A DNA stretch of 64,000 nucleotides from Candidatus Bathyarchaeia archaeon (GTDB lineage: Archaea > Thermoproteota > Bathyarchaeia > Bathyarchaeales > Bathycorpusculaceae): NCBI GenBank assembly GCA_038727135.1, contig JAVYWL010000001.1, forward strand, positions 256,001-320,000, given 5' to 3'. Each line of letters starts with the position of its first letter. The first letter of the stretch is position 1. A model generated the notes under the pieces. That model had not been told where the DNA came from. It searched no databases and was given only the letters and a program-made list of their open reading frames with translations. Shown here piece by piece: positions 49,194-58,071 of this stretch. A program made the translations under genes and the position numbers.

Positions 49194-49256
49194 ATGGCCA
49201 TGCCAAAGAAGAAGAAGGAAGAGAAGAAAGAGGAGAAGAAAGAAGAAAAGAAGTAA
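49194..49256 (+). CDS. Candidate Lys/Glu micropeptide (MA)MPKKKKEEKKEEKKEEKK
   Basis: ATG at 49194 or 49200, TAA at 49254-49256; GGTGA upstream; TATA-like TTTTTAAA at ~49157-49164; T-rich tract at ~49330. Confidence 0.6.
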   Translation: MAMPKKKKEEKKEEKKEEKK

Positions 49257-49399
49257 AAGCTCTCTTCGCCTCTTAAAAGTGCTTGGCCTCACCAATCCAC
49301 AGTTAAAACTTCAATATCTTCTCCCTGCTTCTTTTTCTTTAATTTGCAAAATGAGAAGTGTTAAATTGCCGCGTTTATTTTTGACTTTCAAGTGTCGAG

Positions 49400-50251
49400 A
49401 TGGCTAAAATTAGCCGGGTAGCCATAATTAAGGGCCCAAACCCGATAGAAACAACTGTTAAGGCGCTTGAAGCGATAAAGTCGGATTTGGATGCTGTTCT
49501 TTCCGCTAAAAAGTCCATTCTGATAAAGCCCAACTACATAACGGCTCAACACCCATCAACTGGAGTTACAACTGACGGCAGAGTAGTGGAAGGCGTTGTT
49601 AAATTCCTTAAAGAGCATGGCAAAAACAACATTGTTATTGGCGAGGGAAGCGGTTGGGCAGATACTTTTGAGGCTTTCAAAGTTGCTGGAATAGACAAAA
49701 TAAGCGAAAAGTGGAAGGTGAAACTGGTCGACCTTAACAAGGACATTTTCGTTGAGGTTTACCCACCAAATCCCATAACACTCAAAAAGGTCAAGGTGGC
49801 GAAAACAGCCCTAGAAAGCGTAATAATAAGTGTTCCGAAACTGAAGCTTCATAGGCTCGCCACCGTCACGCTTGGGATAAAGAACATGATGGGAGCCCTA
49901 GCCTCTAAAGGAAGCATGCACAATGGAAGGTTACACGCGAACATCGCAGACTTGGCTTCGGTGCTAAAGCCAAGCTTAACGGTCATTGATGGGATAATAG
50001 CTGGAGAAGGCCATGAAACAAGCGGGAATCCCGTAAAAATGGATTTAGTTATAGCGGGCACAGATCCCGTGGCTGTTGACGCCGTCGGAGCTGCTGTTAT
50101 GGGAGTTTCACCAACAGAGGTTGAGCATTTAGTTCTGGCTGAGAAAAAGGGCCTTGGAACATGTCAACTGAAAAACATTGAAGTCATCGGAGAGCCTATT
50201 GAAAAAGTGAAGAGAAAGTTCCGCAGGTCCATCTCTTCAAAAATTCTTTGA
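49400..50251 (+). CDS. DUF362 domain protein
   Basis: LIKPN, GVTTD, PKLKLH...TLGIKNMMG, DPVAVD. Confidence 0.9.
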   Translation: MAKISRVAIIKGPNPIETTVKALEAIKSDLDAVLSAKKSILIKPNYITAQHPSTGVTTDGRVVEGVVKFLKEHGKNNIVIGEGSGWADTFEAFKVAGIDKISEKWKVKLVDLNKDIFVEVYPPNPITLKKVKVAKTALESVIISVPKLKLHRLATVTLGIKNMMGALASKGSMHNGRLHANIADLASVLKPSLTVIDGIIAGEGHETSGNPVKMDLVIAGTDPVAVDAVGAAVMGVSPTEVEHLVLAEKKGLGTCQLKNIEVIGEPIEKVKRKFRRSISSKIL

Positions 50252-50312
50252 ATATTTCTAAAAACTTTAGGAAAAGCTTTTAAGAATTCATTTTTAACGT
50301 AAAGGGAAGCTT

Positions 50313-51713
50313 ATGGCTGAAGACTCTGAAAGCCCACCAGAGCCTAGCGGAATAAGCAAGTACAGAGACAAAATTATTGACGGCCCCATTATTCGAACAA
50401 TTTTTTGGCTGGGAACACCTCCCCTTGTGAACCAGCTTGTGGTTGTAGCCTATAATGTGGCAGACACTTATTGGCTTAGCGTTTACAGTGAGCAAGCCGT
50501 AGCTGTTCCGAGGCAAATGTGGCCAATCCTCATGCTTTTTCAAGCCCTTGCAAACGCCATCACAACTGCAAGCCTAAGCGTAATCTCACAGTATGTAGGG
50601 AGCAAAGCTTACCGAGAAGCAAGCAAATCAGCCTCCCGCTTCTTTACGCTGTCCCTCATATCTGGCGGCGCCTTAAGCATACTCCTTTTAGCTCTTAGAA
50701 ACTCGATCTTCACGGTTGTTGTGTCCACCCCCACAGAAATTTTTGAGGATGTGATGAAGTATTCTGGCGTTATAGCCTTCGACGTGTTTTTCAACTACAT
50801 AGCCCTCACATACACGACAATTCTCCAAAGCGTGGGAGACACAAGAAGACCAGCAATTGTTAACGTTATGTCTGTCACCATAAACATAGCCCTTGACCCA
50901 TTCCTTGTTCTGGGCATAGGACCCTTTCCAAGGCTTGGGGTAGTTGGAGCAGCCATAACAGATGTTATGGGAAAAATAATATCGATAACGGCGTTAACGT
51001 ACATTTTAAGGAGATACTACCCAGAGCTTCACGTAAGACCCGCTAGGGAAATAGACGCCACGTGGGCTCGCTTGGTTTTACGTATAGGGCTGCCGATTTT
51101 AACGCTTGGGTTGACGAACGGCTTCGCTTTCCTCATGCAGCTTAGACTTGTTAACATGCTTGGAATCATAACTGCAACCGCCTTTTCCATAGGTTTTGTA
51201 ATGATGGATATCGTGGACGCTGCTCTTTGGGGTTTAAGCGGAGCCCCAGCCATAATGATAGGACAAAGCCTCGGCGCAGACAACCCCAAAAGAGCAAGAG
51301 AAGTAGCCTTCAAAGCAGCCCTCCTCATATTTGCCCTGATGATGGCAAGTGCTGCCATAATATACCCGATCAGAAGAAACCTAGTGGACGTCTTCGCAGA
51401 CGACCCCAACACAATAAATGAGACAGACATTTTCCTCCAAACAATGTTGCCAACACTCCCATTCTTCGGACTTTTCGCCGTAGCCCTATCCGTCGGAAGA
51501 GGCTCCGGACACACAACATTTCCAACAGGCCTAGGAATGATGAGGCTCTGGGGAATAAGGATAGCCGCAGGCTACATTATGGCCTTCATTCTAGGCATGG
51601 GCTCTATAGGGGTTTGGCTGGCCATAGCAATAAGCAACATCATAGGCGGAATAATAGCCATACTATGGATAAAATATGGAAACTGGGCGAAGGCAGTCAT
51701 CAAAAATAACTAG
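50313..51713 (+). CDS. MATE family efflux transporter
   Basis: YNVADTYW, GDTRRP, NIALDPFL, LGVVGAA; about 12 TM helices. Confidence 0.93.
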   Translation: MAEDSESPPEPSGISKYRDKIIDGPIIRTIFWLGTPPLVNQLVVVAYNVADTYWLSVYSEQAVAVPRQMWPILMLFQALANAITTASLSVISQYVGSKAYREASKSASRFFTLSLISGGALSILLLALRNSIFTVVVSTPTEIFEDVMKYSGVIAFDVFFNYIALTYTTILQSVGDTRRPAIVNVMSVTINIALDPFLVLGIGPFPRLGVVGAAITDVMGKIISITALTYILRRYYPELHVRPAREIDATWARLVLRIGLPILTLGLTNGFAFLMQLRLVNMLGIITATAFSIGFVMMDIVDAALWGLSGAPAIMIGQSLGADNPKRAREVAFKAALLIFALMMASAAIIYPIRRNLVDVFADDPNTINETDIFLQTMLPTLPFFGLFAVALSVGRGSGHTTFPTGLGMMRLWGIRIAAGYIMAFILGMGSIGVWLAIAISNIIGGIIAILWIKYGNWAKAVIKNN

Positions 51714-51756
51714 AGTAGAGGTAGAGAAAATAAAACTCTGTCAAAAACCATTTTCA

Positions 51757-51786
51757 TAGAGCCGGGGGTGGGAGTTGAACCCACAT
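51757..51786 (+). repeat. att direct repeat: duplicated 3' end of tRNA-Cys
   Basis: TAGAGCCGGGGGTGGGAGTTGAACCCACAT, identical to 56879-56908. Confidence 0.95.
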
Positions 51787-52413
51787 TGTCAATATTATTA
51801 TATATTGATTATTGTTTGTGTTTACATAGCCCATTTTCCTTTACCTTCTACAAATTGTATTGATATGTTTAGCCTTATAAAGACCCCCTCAAAATTTGTT
51901 TTTAACAAATGTTTACCTTAAAAGACTATGACTAATTAAAAAGAATAAGTTCCATCTTCGAAATCACAAATATTCTAAGGACCTTATAGAAGGGAACATT
52001 CACAAGCCATACAGTTAAAGAAGCATTGATATTAATAGTTCTACCTTACAAGGTTGGTCTATGCCCCATACCTAGCACACTTCCTCTAAGTAAAGGTTCA
52101 TATTTTTAGATAAATACCCTTCCAGACCTTGGTTGCCCCATAGGACTATAAAATACACATTCACACACATCCACACTCAATCATACACCAACATAAAATA
52201 AAAAAAGAACAAAACAAAACCTTAAATCAATAGCTTAAACTGAACAATCTTAAGAAAATCTACTTAGAACCTTTAAAACCTAACAATGTTACCCTCAAAC
52301 CTAAGGTTGAAGACCATAAACCAAAAAATACACACCCGCACATATTAACATTCAATCTTTACTCAACATAGAGAAATTTCATAAAAAATAAATCTTGAAA
52401 CTATCAATTATAT

Positions 52414-53397
52414 TTGAGGGAGAAGAGGATGAAGAAGATAGTTTATGGGGTATTTACGTTAATGCTATTAAGCATATTCATTTCAAATATTCAACTTGTC
52501 AAATCTGAAACCATAGAATTGGCTTACGACGACGGAGAGGCTGACCAAGGAGATGCCATGGTTGCAAATAGAACCATCGGGTGGGGAGTAGTGTTCAATC
52601 ACCCTGAAGTGGGTTCTTCATATGTCCTCCAGGGTGTTTCATTTTATATTTTCACTTTCATGGATAATTCGGCTCCTATTAGACTTTTCATTTACTTACA
52701 AAGCGAAGTTCCTTATTATTATAAAAAAGTTCTTGAACTTATAGTTGATGATTTAAAAATTGGATGGAATTACGTAAGTTTAATACAATATAGCATAGTT
52801 GTCTCTAAAAACTTCTTCATCGGTTTCAATTGGGTGCATGATAACAATCCTTACTTGGGAGTTGATGTAGATACACTATCCCATTCTGGAAGTTTCAAAA
52901 CAAGTGATGTTACGTCTTTCCAACTATATAGTGGCTTCTTCAATTATATGATCAGGGCATTCTTATCTAAAACTGGAATTTTAATTTCAACAATAAACAT
53001 TTACCCACAAAGTCTAAATCTTAGGAGTAAGGGTAAATGGATTACAGCCTACATTGAGCTTCCTGAAGGCTACAATGTGACTGACATTAATGTTACTTCT
53101 ATAATGCTCAATAACACTATTCCAGCTAAACCTAAACCTAAGGCTGTTGGAGATTATGACAATGACAGCATTCCAGACTTGATGGTTAAATTTGATAGGG
53201 CTGAAGTCATATCATATATCCTTACCAATGTTAACATTGAAGAGCTAATTGAAGAAAGATTCATGACCATAACACTGACAATAACTGGCTATTTAAATGA
53301 TGGAACACCATTCCAAGGAAGCACAAAAATAAAAATAATAATGCCAATGCCAAGATGCTGGAAGTTCATTAAAACACTGGAAATATACCCAATATAA
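52414..53397 (+). CDS. Secreted/surface protein carried by the element
   Basis: Signal peptide (MKKIVYG..., probable ATG at 52429); ELAYDDG...NYMIRA beta domain; C-terminal LNLRSKGKWITAYIELP...DYDNDSIPDLMVKFDR domain. Confidence 0.85.
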   Translation: MREKRMKKIVYGVFTLMLLSIFISNIQLVKSETIELAYDDGEADQGDAMVANRTIGWGVVFNHPEVGSSYVLQGVSFYIFTFMDNSAPIRLFIYLQSEVPYYYKKVLELIVDDLKIGWNYVSLIQYSIVVSKNFFIGFNWVHDNNPYLGVDVDTLSHSGSFKTSDVTSFQLYSGFFNYMIRAFLSKTGILISTINIYPQSLNLRSKGKWITAYIELPEGYNVTDINVTSIMLNNTIPAKPKPKAVGDYDNDSIPDLMVKFDRAEVISYILTNVNIEELIEERFMTITLTITGYLNDGTPFQGSTKIKIIMPMPRCWKFIKTLEIYPI

Positions 53398-53497
53398 GTA
53401 TCCATTTTTTAACATCTAAATTTTAAATGTACTTCTGTTACTATAACCTTTCAGTAAACATCGCCTGTTTTAGGATTTGGGATTTGTGTCTAACTTG

Positions 53498-53710
53498 TTA
53501 ACGGCTTAGCTGTACAGTTATATAAATTGTAAGTAATTTCTCTATTTCTATGATTTCACTTGTTAAATTGTAGATTGCTTCAGCAGTGTAGTCCTTAACT
53601 TTTACAGCATAGCTGGCTAAGTCTTTAAGCTGCCTCTCCCTCTCACTTATATGCCTTCTAATCTCCTCTAAATTCCTTAAGAACTACTCCCTTTCAACTC
53701 TAAAACTCAT
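53498..53710 (-). pseudogene. Small coiled-coil ORF with in-frame TAG at codon 9
   Basis: GGGTGA then ATG at 53710: MSFRVERE*FLRNLEEIRRHISERERQLKDLASYAVKVKD...; TAG at 53686-53684. Confidence 0.55.
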
Positions 53711-54204
53711 AATATCACCCTTACTCTTGTAGATGACTAGACATATAAGAAATTTAAAATGAACAATCTCAATGCTTCATGTGAAACAATTTGCAATATG
53801 ATTCCATAGGCTTTCAGTTAAACACTCCCAGCTAGGTTCTTAATTTTCAATGATAGCTTTTGAGGGTTGAAAATTGTTTACTGAAAATAACTCCAATAAC
53901 CATGCAGAACAATTCCATTATTCCAGATCTCCAATTTTCCAGCCCTAAATTACTAAATCTAAAATTATATAGCCTGTTTAATATACTTATATGCAAAATC
54001 TTCTTAGAAAGAAGTTCTATTTATTGGAAACTTGCCATAAGAAGTTTGATACCAGACATTACCCATATTAATTGCAAGCAAAAATTAAACATACTCACAT
54101 GTACATTAACATTCATTCAATTATATACTCCAACATTATAAAGTAAGTTTCCATAAAAATAAAAATTATATCTTAAACCATGGAGTAAACTATGGGGAAT
54201 TTAA

Positions 54205-54741
54205 ATGGAGAAAAAGTTGATCTTGGCACTCATCATTATGTTATTAGGATTGGTAGGAGGCTACGGATTAAACCATATAATTTACCAATCACAAATGCAA
54301 CACCTTCAAAAACAGATTCAGAGTCTACAAGAGCAATTAAATGATTTAACCAGTAAGGTGAATTCAATGGTTCCAGATTTTTTGGCAGGAAATGCAACAT
54401 TTCATGAAGTTACACATGTAATTTGGAATAAGGACGAGAATGCTACAAGTGGCAATTATGTAACCGATACATTCTTGCTAACAGGAAAGCTTTGTAGAAT
54501 AAGATGGTGGATGACAGGTGCAACTTTTGATTCCACTGTTATATTCTGGCTTTACTTTGAAAACGGCAAGAAATTCACTCACAGATGTTCTTCAGGTTTC
54601 GCTGGTTCATTTGATTCATTAATAGACCTCACCCTCACCGGATTAAAAGAACTAAATCCTACATCAAGGTATTATTTGAATATAACCATTGAATATGGTA
54701 TTGTGGTTGCATACGAAGTGTGGATTTATGACTATTACTAG
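54205..54741 (+). CDS. Membrane-anchored protein with coiled-coil stalk and beta-rich head
   Basis: N-terminal TM helix, QMQHLQKQIQSLQEQLNDL heptads, NAT sequons. Confidence 0.8.
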   Translation: MEKKLILALIIMLLGLVGGYGLNHIIYQSQMQHLQKQIQSLQEQLNDLTSKVNSMVPDFLAGNATFHEVTHVIWNKDENATSGNYVTDTFLLTGKLCRIRWWMTGATFDSTVIFWLYFENGKKFTHRCSSGFAGSFDSLIDLTLTGLKELNPTSRYYLNITIEYGIVVAYEVWIYDYY

Positions 54742-54881
54742 GATACGAAAGTCTCCGCTACTCTAAAAGGACAGAGAATGGGATGTGTAGGATACTGGTA
54801 TTATGCATAGTACAAAGAATTACAATAAAGCATGCTTCAATAAAATTTATATTTTAAAACCATGTATTAATTATTGAGATA

Positions 54882-55184
54882 ATGTTTGAAGAATATATGA
54901 TTCTAATGTTCATTGCAACTTTACTTATAGGTTTAGGAATGTGTTTGCTTATTTGGGTTTTTGTTAGAGCTCCTGCAATATCATTGCAATCCAAATTTAA
55001 GAAGTTGGGTGTTGTTAAGGGAAAAAGAAAAGAGGAAATAATTGCAGTTGTTGGGCCGCCAAACTCAATAAGCATGACTCCTAATGGAGAACTATTACAG
55101 TGGATTTCACCTGGTTACCATATTGCACTATTATTTGATTCAAATGGTGTTTGCCTAGGCATAACACATGAAACTGCTGTGTGA
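54882..55184 (+). CDS. Small membrane-anchored protein
   Basis: N-terminal TM helix, GKRKEEIIAVVGPPNS motif. Confidence 0.75.
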   Translation: MFEEYMILMFIATLLIGLGMCLLIWVFVRAPAISLQSKFKKLGVVKGKRKEEIIAVVGPPNSISMTPNGELLQWISPGYHIALLFDSNGVCLGITHETAV

Positions 55185-55216
55185 ATTCAAAAAATACTAA
55201 CCAGATACATGATTTT

Positions 55217-55513
55217 TTATTCTTCCTTTTTCTTTTGAAGGCTGATTCCCTGTTTTTGTAGCCACTCCACAACACTATCCTTATCTTTAACTAGCAAAAT
55301 TTCATCTCCAAGAAAATTGATCCATCCTGCAGATTTTAATTCTTCAAAGTACTCATCTTGAGTTTTCCCTCTAATTCCATAATTAACAGATATTGAACCT
55401 CTAAATTCATCAAGTTTAGCTTTGCCCCCTCTTTCGTATAACTCATTGATTATGTATGCCATTCTTTGTCTTTTCTTTTTTTGGAAAGGGTCAAGTGCAC
55501 CTTCAAACCACAA
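55217..55513 (-). CDS. Probable winged-helix DNA-binding protein
   Basis: TTG at 55513 after GGGGGTAGGG; ...ISVNYGIRGKTQDEYFEELKSAGWI wHTH-like pattern. Confidence 0.65.
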   Translation of the reverse strand: MWFEGALDPFQKKKRQRMAYIINELYERGGKAKLDEFRGSISVNYGIRGKTQDEYFEELKSAGWINFLGDEILLVKDKDSVVEWLQKQGISLQKKKEE

Positions 55514-55991
55514 TAGCCCTACCCCCTTCAAATTAATACCTAACACCAGTTAATATTTAAAACCTGCTGGTATTGGTGTGTAATTGCATATGTAAGGATG
55601 TGGGTGTGTTTTTCTATGTTATATAGCATTTTGTAATATGGCTGTACAGCTAAGCTTTAACTTTAGGTTGGACAAGAACCTTTCCTATATTCCAAATATA
55701 TCATACAAGAATAAAAGTAATTACACATGGTAAAAGACAGTTTGACCCTCCTTACTTTATTTCTTTCATTTTTGGTTTTATTCGTTTTCGGATTCAAAAC
55801 AAATATGTCAATTGGGATGATTTAGACTCCATAAGATATGAAATTAGTGCATAATGCGAGGGCTAAACTCTAATATCTGAACCATTTTAAGGCTTTATAG
55901 TGCACATGGGAATGGTCTCCAATGTGTTTTTTGCAACTTTAGTGAACTTTTCAAACAAAGAGGTTAAATCAGAAAAAGGATGGAGATTGGG

Positions 55992-56906
55992 TTACGTTAT
56001 GATTTTAGGCTTCCTAAGACAATATCCCCACTCGGTCTTAGTAACCAGTTCATAGCCTTCCATGAGATATTTTGTGAGCTCTTCTTTATCATTGGCATAT
56101 ACAACATTATATTCATTCTCTCTGATCCATTGTTTTACAATGTGCACATATTTTAATGTGTTCTGAATGTTGCAGTGTCTTGCAAATCTCTGAGTTTCCA
56201 CAATGTCTTTTGTTTTAAAATATTTCCATGATATAGCAAAATGTCTTAATGTATGGAAATGAATCTTAAGGAAGTCATTGTTACCAGTTTCTTTAGCTAA
56301 TTTCTTAACATAGTTCTTTAACCAGTCATTAATTGTTCGAGGATTCTTTAATGGGAAAACTCTATCAGACTCTTTGGGTAACTGCATTAGAAGAGTGAGT
56401 AGCTCTTCAGACATTGGATAAGTGTTGGTTCTATGCCCTTTAACTCCAGTTATTGTTAGGGTTTTATTCTGTAGGTTGACATCTTTCCATCTAAGGTTCC
56501 ACACTTCAGACTCGGTGGCTCCAGTTTCAACAGCTATCAGAACCATAGCCCTAAGCTTAATGCTCTGTATTCTATAGACCAGTTGTTTAATCATTGATGG
56601 ATTGGGAACATAAAGCTCAGAATTTTTGTAGGCTTTGAAACTGGGTTTTAGAACTTTTAGACCTTTAAACTCTGCAAATTGTTGTACTGTTATCAAGGCA
56701 TACTCCTTAGTCCCATCAGACCATTTAGAAGCTAATATTTGATGGTACATATCCTCAATAGAACCCTTTAAAGCCTTAAGTATCTTCAACTTTCTATGTA
56801 TTGTTGATTCTCTGTTACCTTTCTTGAAAAGCCACAATGCAAAGTTCAAAAGTTCACTGTTATATGTAGGTAGGACTGTAGAGCCGGGGGTGGGAGTTGA
56901 ACCCAC
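55992..56906 (-). CDS. Tyrosine recombinase/integrase (Int(C)-like; frame overlaps att and tRNA-Cys)
   Basis: ETGATESE, LRWKDV, VKG, HTLRH, ARH, TLKY; start ambiguous (GTG 56948, GTG 56906 or TTG 56849). Confidence 0.92.
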   Translation of the reverse strand: MGSTPTPGSTVLPTYNSELLNFALWLFKKGNRESTIHRKLKILKALKGSIEDMYHQILASKWSDGTKEYALITVQQFAEFKGLKVLKPSFKAYKNSELYVPNPSMIKQLVYRIQSIKLRAMVLIAVETGATESEVWNLRWKDVNLQNKTLTITGVKGHRTNTYPMSEELLTLLMQLPKESDRVFPLKNPRTINDWLKNYVKKLAKETGNNDFLKIHFHTLRHFAISWKYFKTKDIVETQRFARHCNIQNTLKYVHIVKQWIRENEYNVVYANDKEELTKYLMEGYELVTKTEWGYCLRKPKIIT

Positions 56907-56908
56907 AT
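56879..56908 (+). repeat. att direct repeat overlapping the tRNA-Cys 3' end
   Basis: Identical to 51757-51786. Confidence 0.95.
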
Positions 56909-56954
56909 ATAGCTGCTCTGCAGGCAGCCGCCTGAACCGTTCGGCCACCCCGGC
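56882..56954 (-). tRNA. tRNA-Cys(GCA), no intron, CCA not encoded
   Basis: GCCGGGG/CCCCGGC acceptor stem; GCTGC-CTGCAGA-GCAGC anticodon arm; GTGGG-TTCAACT-CCCAC T arm; U73 discriminator. Confidence 0.96.
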
Positions 56955-56994
56955 GCTTTCAAATAGAGTTTTGTCTGGTGGGTGTAATAAGGTT

Positions 56995-58041
56995 TTATCG
57001 GTTTAATCCTATTTTTTGGGCTATTTCTCTGTAGATTTCTAAGGCTTTTTCTTCATTGTCTATGTTTTTTATTAGCATGCGTCCGCCGTTAAACAGTGTT
57101 ATTTCGTAATTTTTGTATGTGAAGACTATTGCCATTGAGGATTTTACTCGTATTTTGAAGTTTTGTCTTATTTTTGTGTGGATGCTTTCAAGGTTTAGTT
57201 TGGCTGGTTTTTCTGGATTTACGTTGACCGTGTTTCTTCCGCAAAGCCAGACAAGCTTTTCCCTTGGCTTTTGGATGGCGGCTTCGCCATGGCATGCTGG
57301 GCAGTTTTCTCTTTTGTATATGTCTATTGTTGTGAAGTACATGTCGCTGAAGTCGCATATCATGAGCTTGCCCTTTAACGGTGTGCCCATCCCAGCCAAG
57401 AGTTTTATTGTCTCCATTGCTTCCATTGTTCCAATGATCCCTGGGGTGGCGCCTAAAACTCCTCTAACGTCGCATGTTAGTAGGTTGCTGTCTTCAAGGT
57501 TTGGTAATACACATTCGAGGCATGGAGTTTCTGGCGGGGCGAAAACTGAGAGGTTGCCTTCTATTCCTATGGCGGCTCCGAAAACATACGGGATTTTCAG
57601 CTTTATGCAAGCTCGATTAATAATGTAACGTGTTCGCATATTGTCCAAGCCGTCAACAACACAGTCAACATCCTTCAAGAGTTTTTCAGCGTTGTCCACG
57701 TTTAGGTTCTCTGGAACCGCCTCAACTTCAACGAAGGGATTCATCCCCATAAGCCTCTTTGCAGAAACCTCAGCTTTTGGATATCGTAAATCTTTTGGCG
57801 TGTATAGGACTTGCCTATGGAGGTTATGCGGTTCCACGGTGTCTTGATCTATTAGGCGTAGGTAGCCAACACCGGCAAGCGTCAAATAAAGCGATGCAAC
57901 TGTTCCAAGGCCGCCGAGCCCAACAACAGCAACCTTCGCCTTAGCAAGTTTCTCTTGTCCCTCACATCCAAGCTCTTTCATAACGAGCTGGCGGCTGTAA
58001 AACTCGCCATAAGAAATGGAGGGCTTCCGTGTTTTCGGCAT
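56995..58041 (-). CDS. ThiF/MoeB/E1-like adenylyltransferase
   Basis: YSRQ, GLGGLG, NLHRQ, DGLDN, CLEC, CPAC, LCGRNTV C-terminal domain. Confidence 0.93.
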   Translation of the reverse strand: MPKTRKPSISYGEFYSRQLVMKELGCEGQEKLAKAKVAVVGLGGLGTVASLYLTLAGVGYLRLIDQDTVEPHNLHRQVLYTPKDLRYPKAEVSAKRLMGMNPFVEVEAVPENLNVDNAEKLLKDVDCVVDGLDNMRTRYIINRACIKLKIPYVFGAAIGIEGNLSVFAPPETPCLECVLPNLEDSNLLTCDVRGVLGATPGIIGTMEAMETIKLLAGMGTPLKGKLMICDFSDMYFTTIDIYKRENCPACHGEAAIQKPREKLVWLCGRNTVNVNPEKPAKLNLESIHTKIRQNFKIRVKSSMAIVFTYKNYEITLFNGGRMLIKNIDNEEKALEIYREIAQKIGLNR

Positions 58042-58071
58042 TCCAAACCTTCCTTTAGTGGTGATACGCAT

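Larger units (their letters stand above)
51757..56908. mobile_element. ~5.15 kb integrative element in tRNA-Cys
   Basis: 30-bp perfect direct repeats, tyrosine integrase at the tRNA end, visibly AT-rich relative to flanks, low coding density. Confidence 0.93.

Noticed and set aside
51757-51786. Split or second tRNA-Cys gene half
   Set aside because: Only the T arm and acceptor 3' strand are present, and it is fully explained as the integration duplication
53684-53686. In-frame TAG as evidence for pyrrolysine recoding
   Set aside because: TAG terminates complete genes in this window (15650, 20741, 22802, 25151), no pyl genes are visible, and neighbouring frames also contain TAA/TGA stops; decay is simpler
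53860-54141. 93-aa plus-strand ORF in the element
   Set aside because: TTG start without SD, no motif, and the opposite strand looks like a decayed gene
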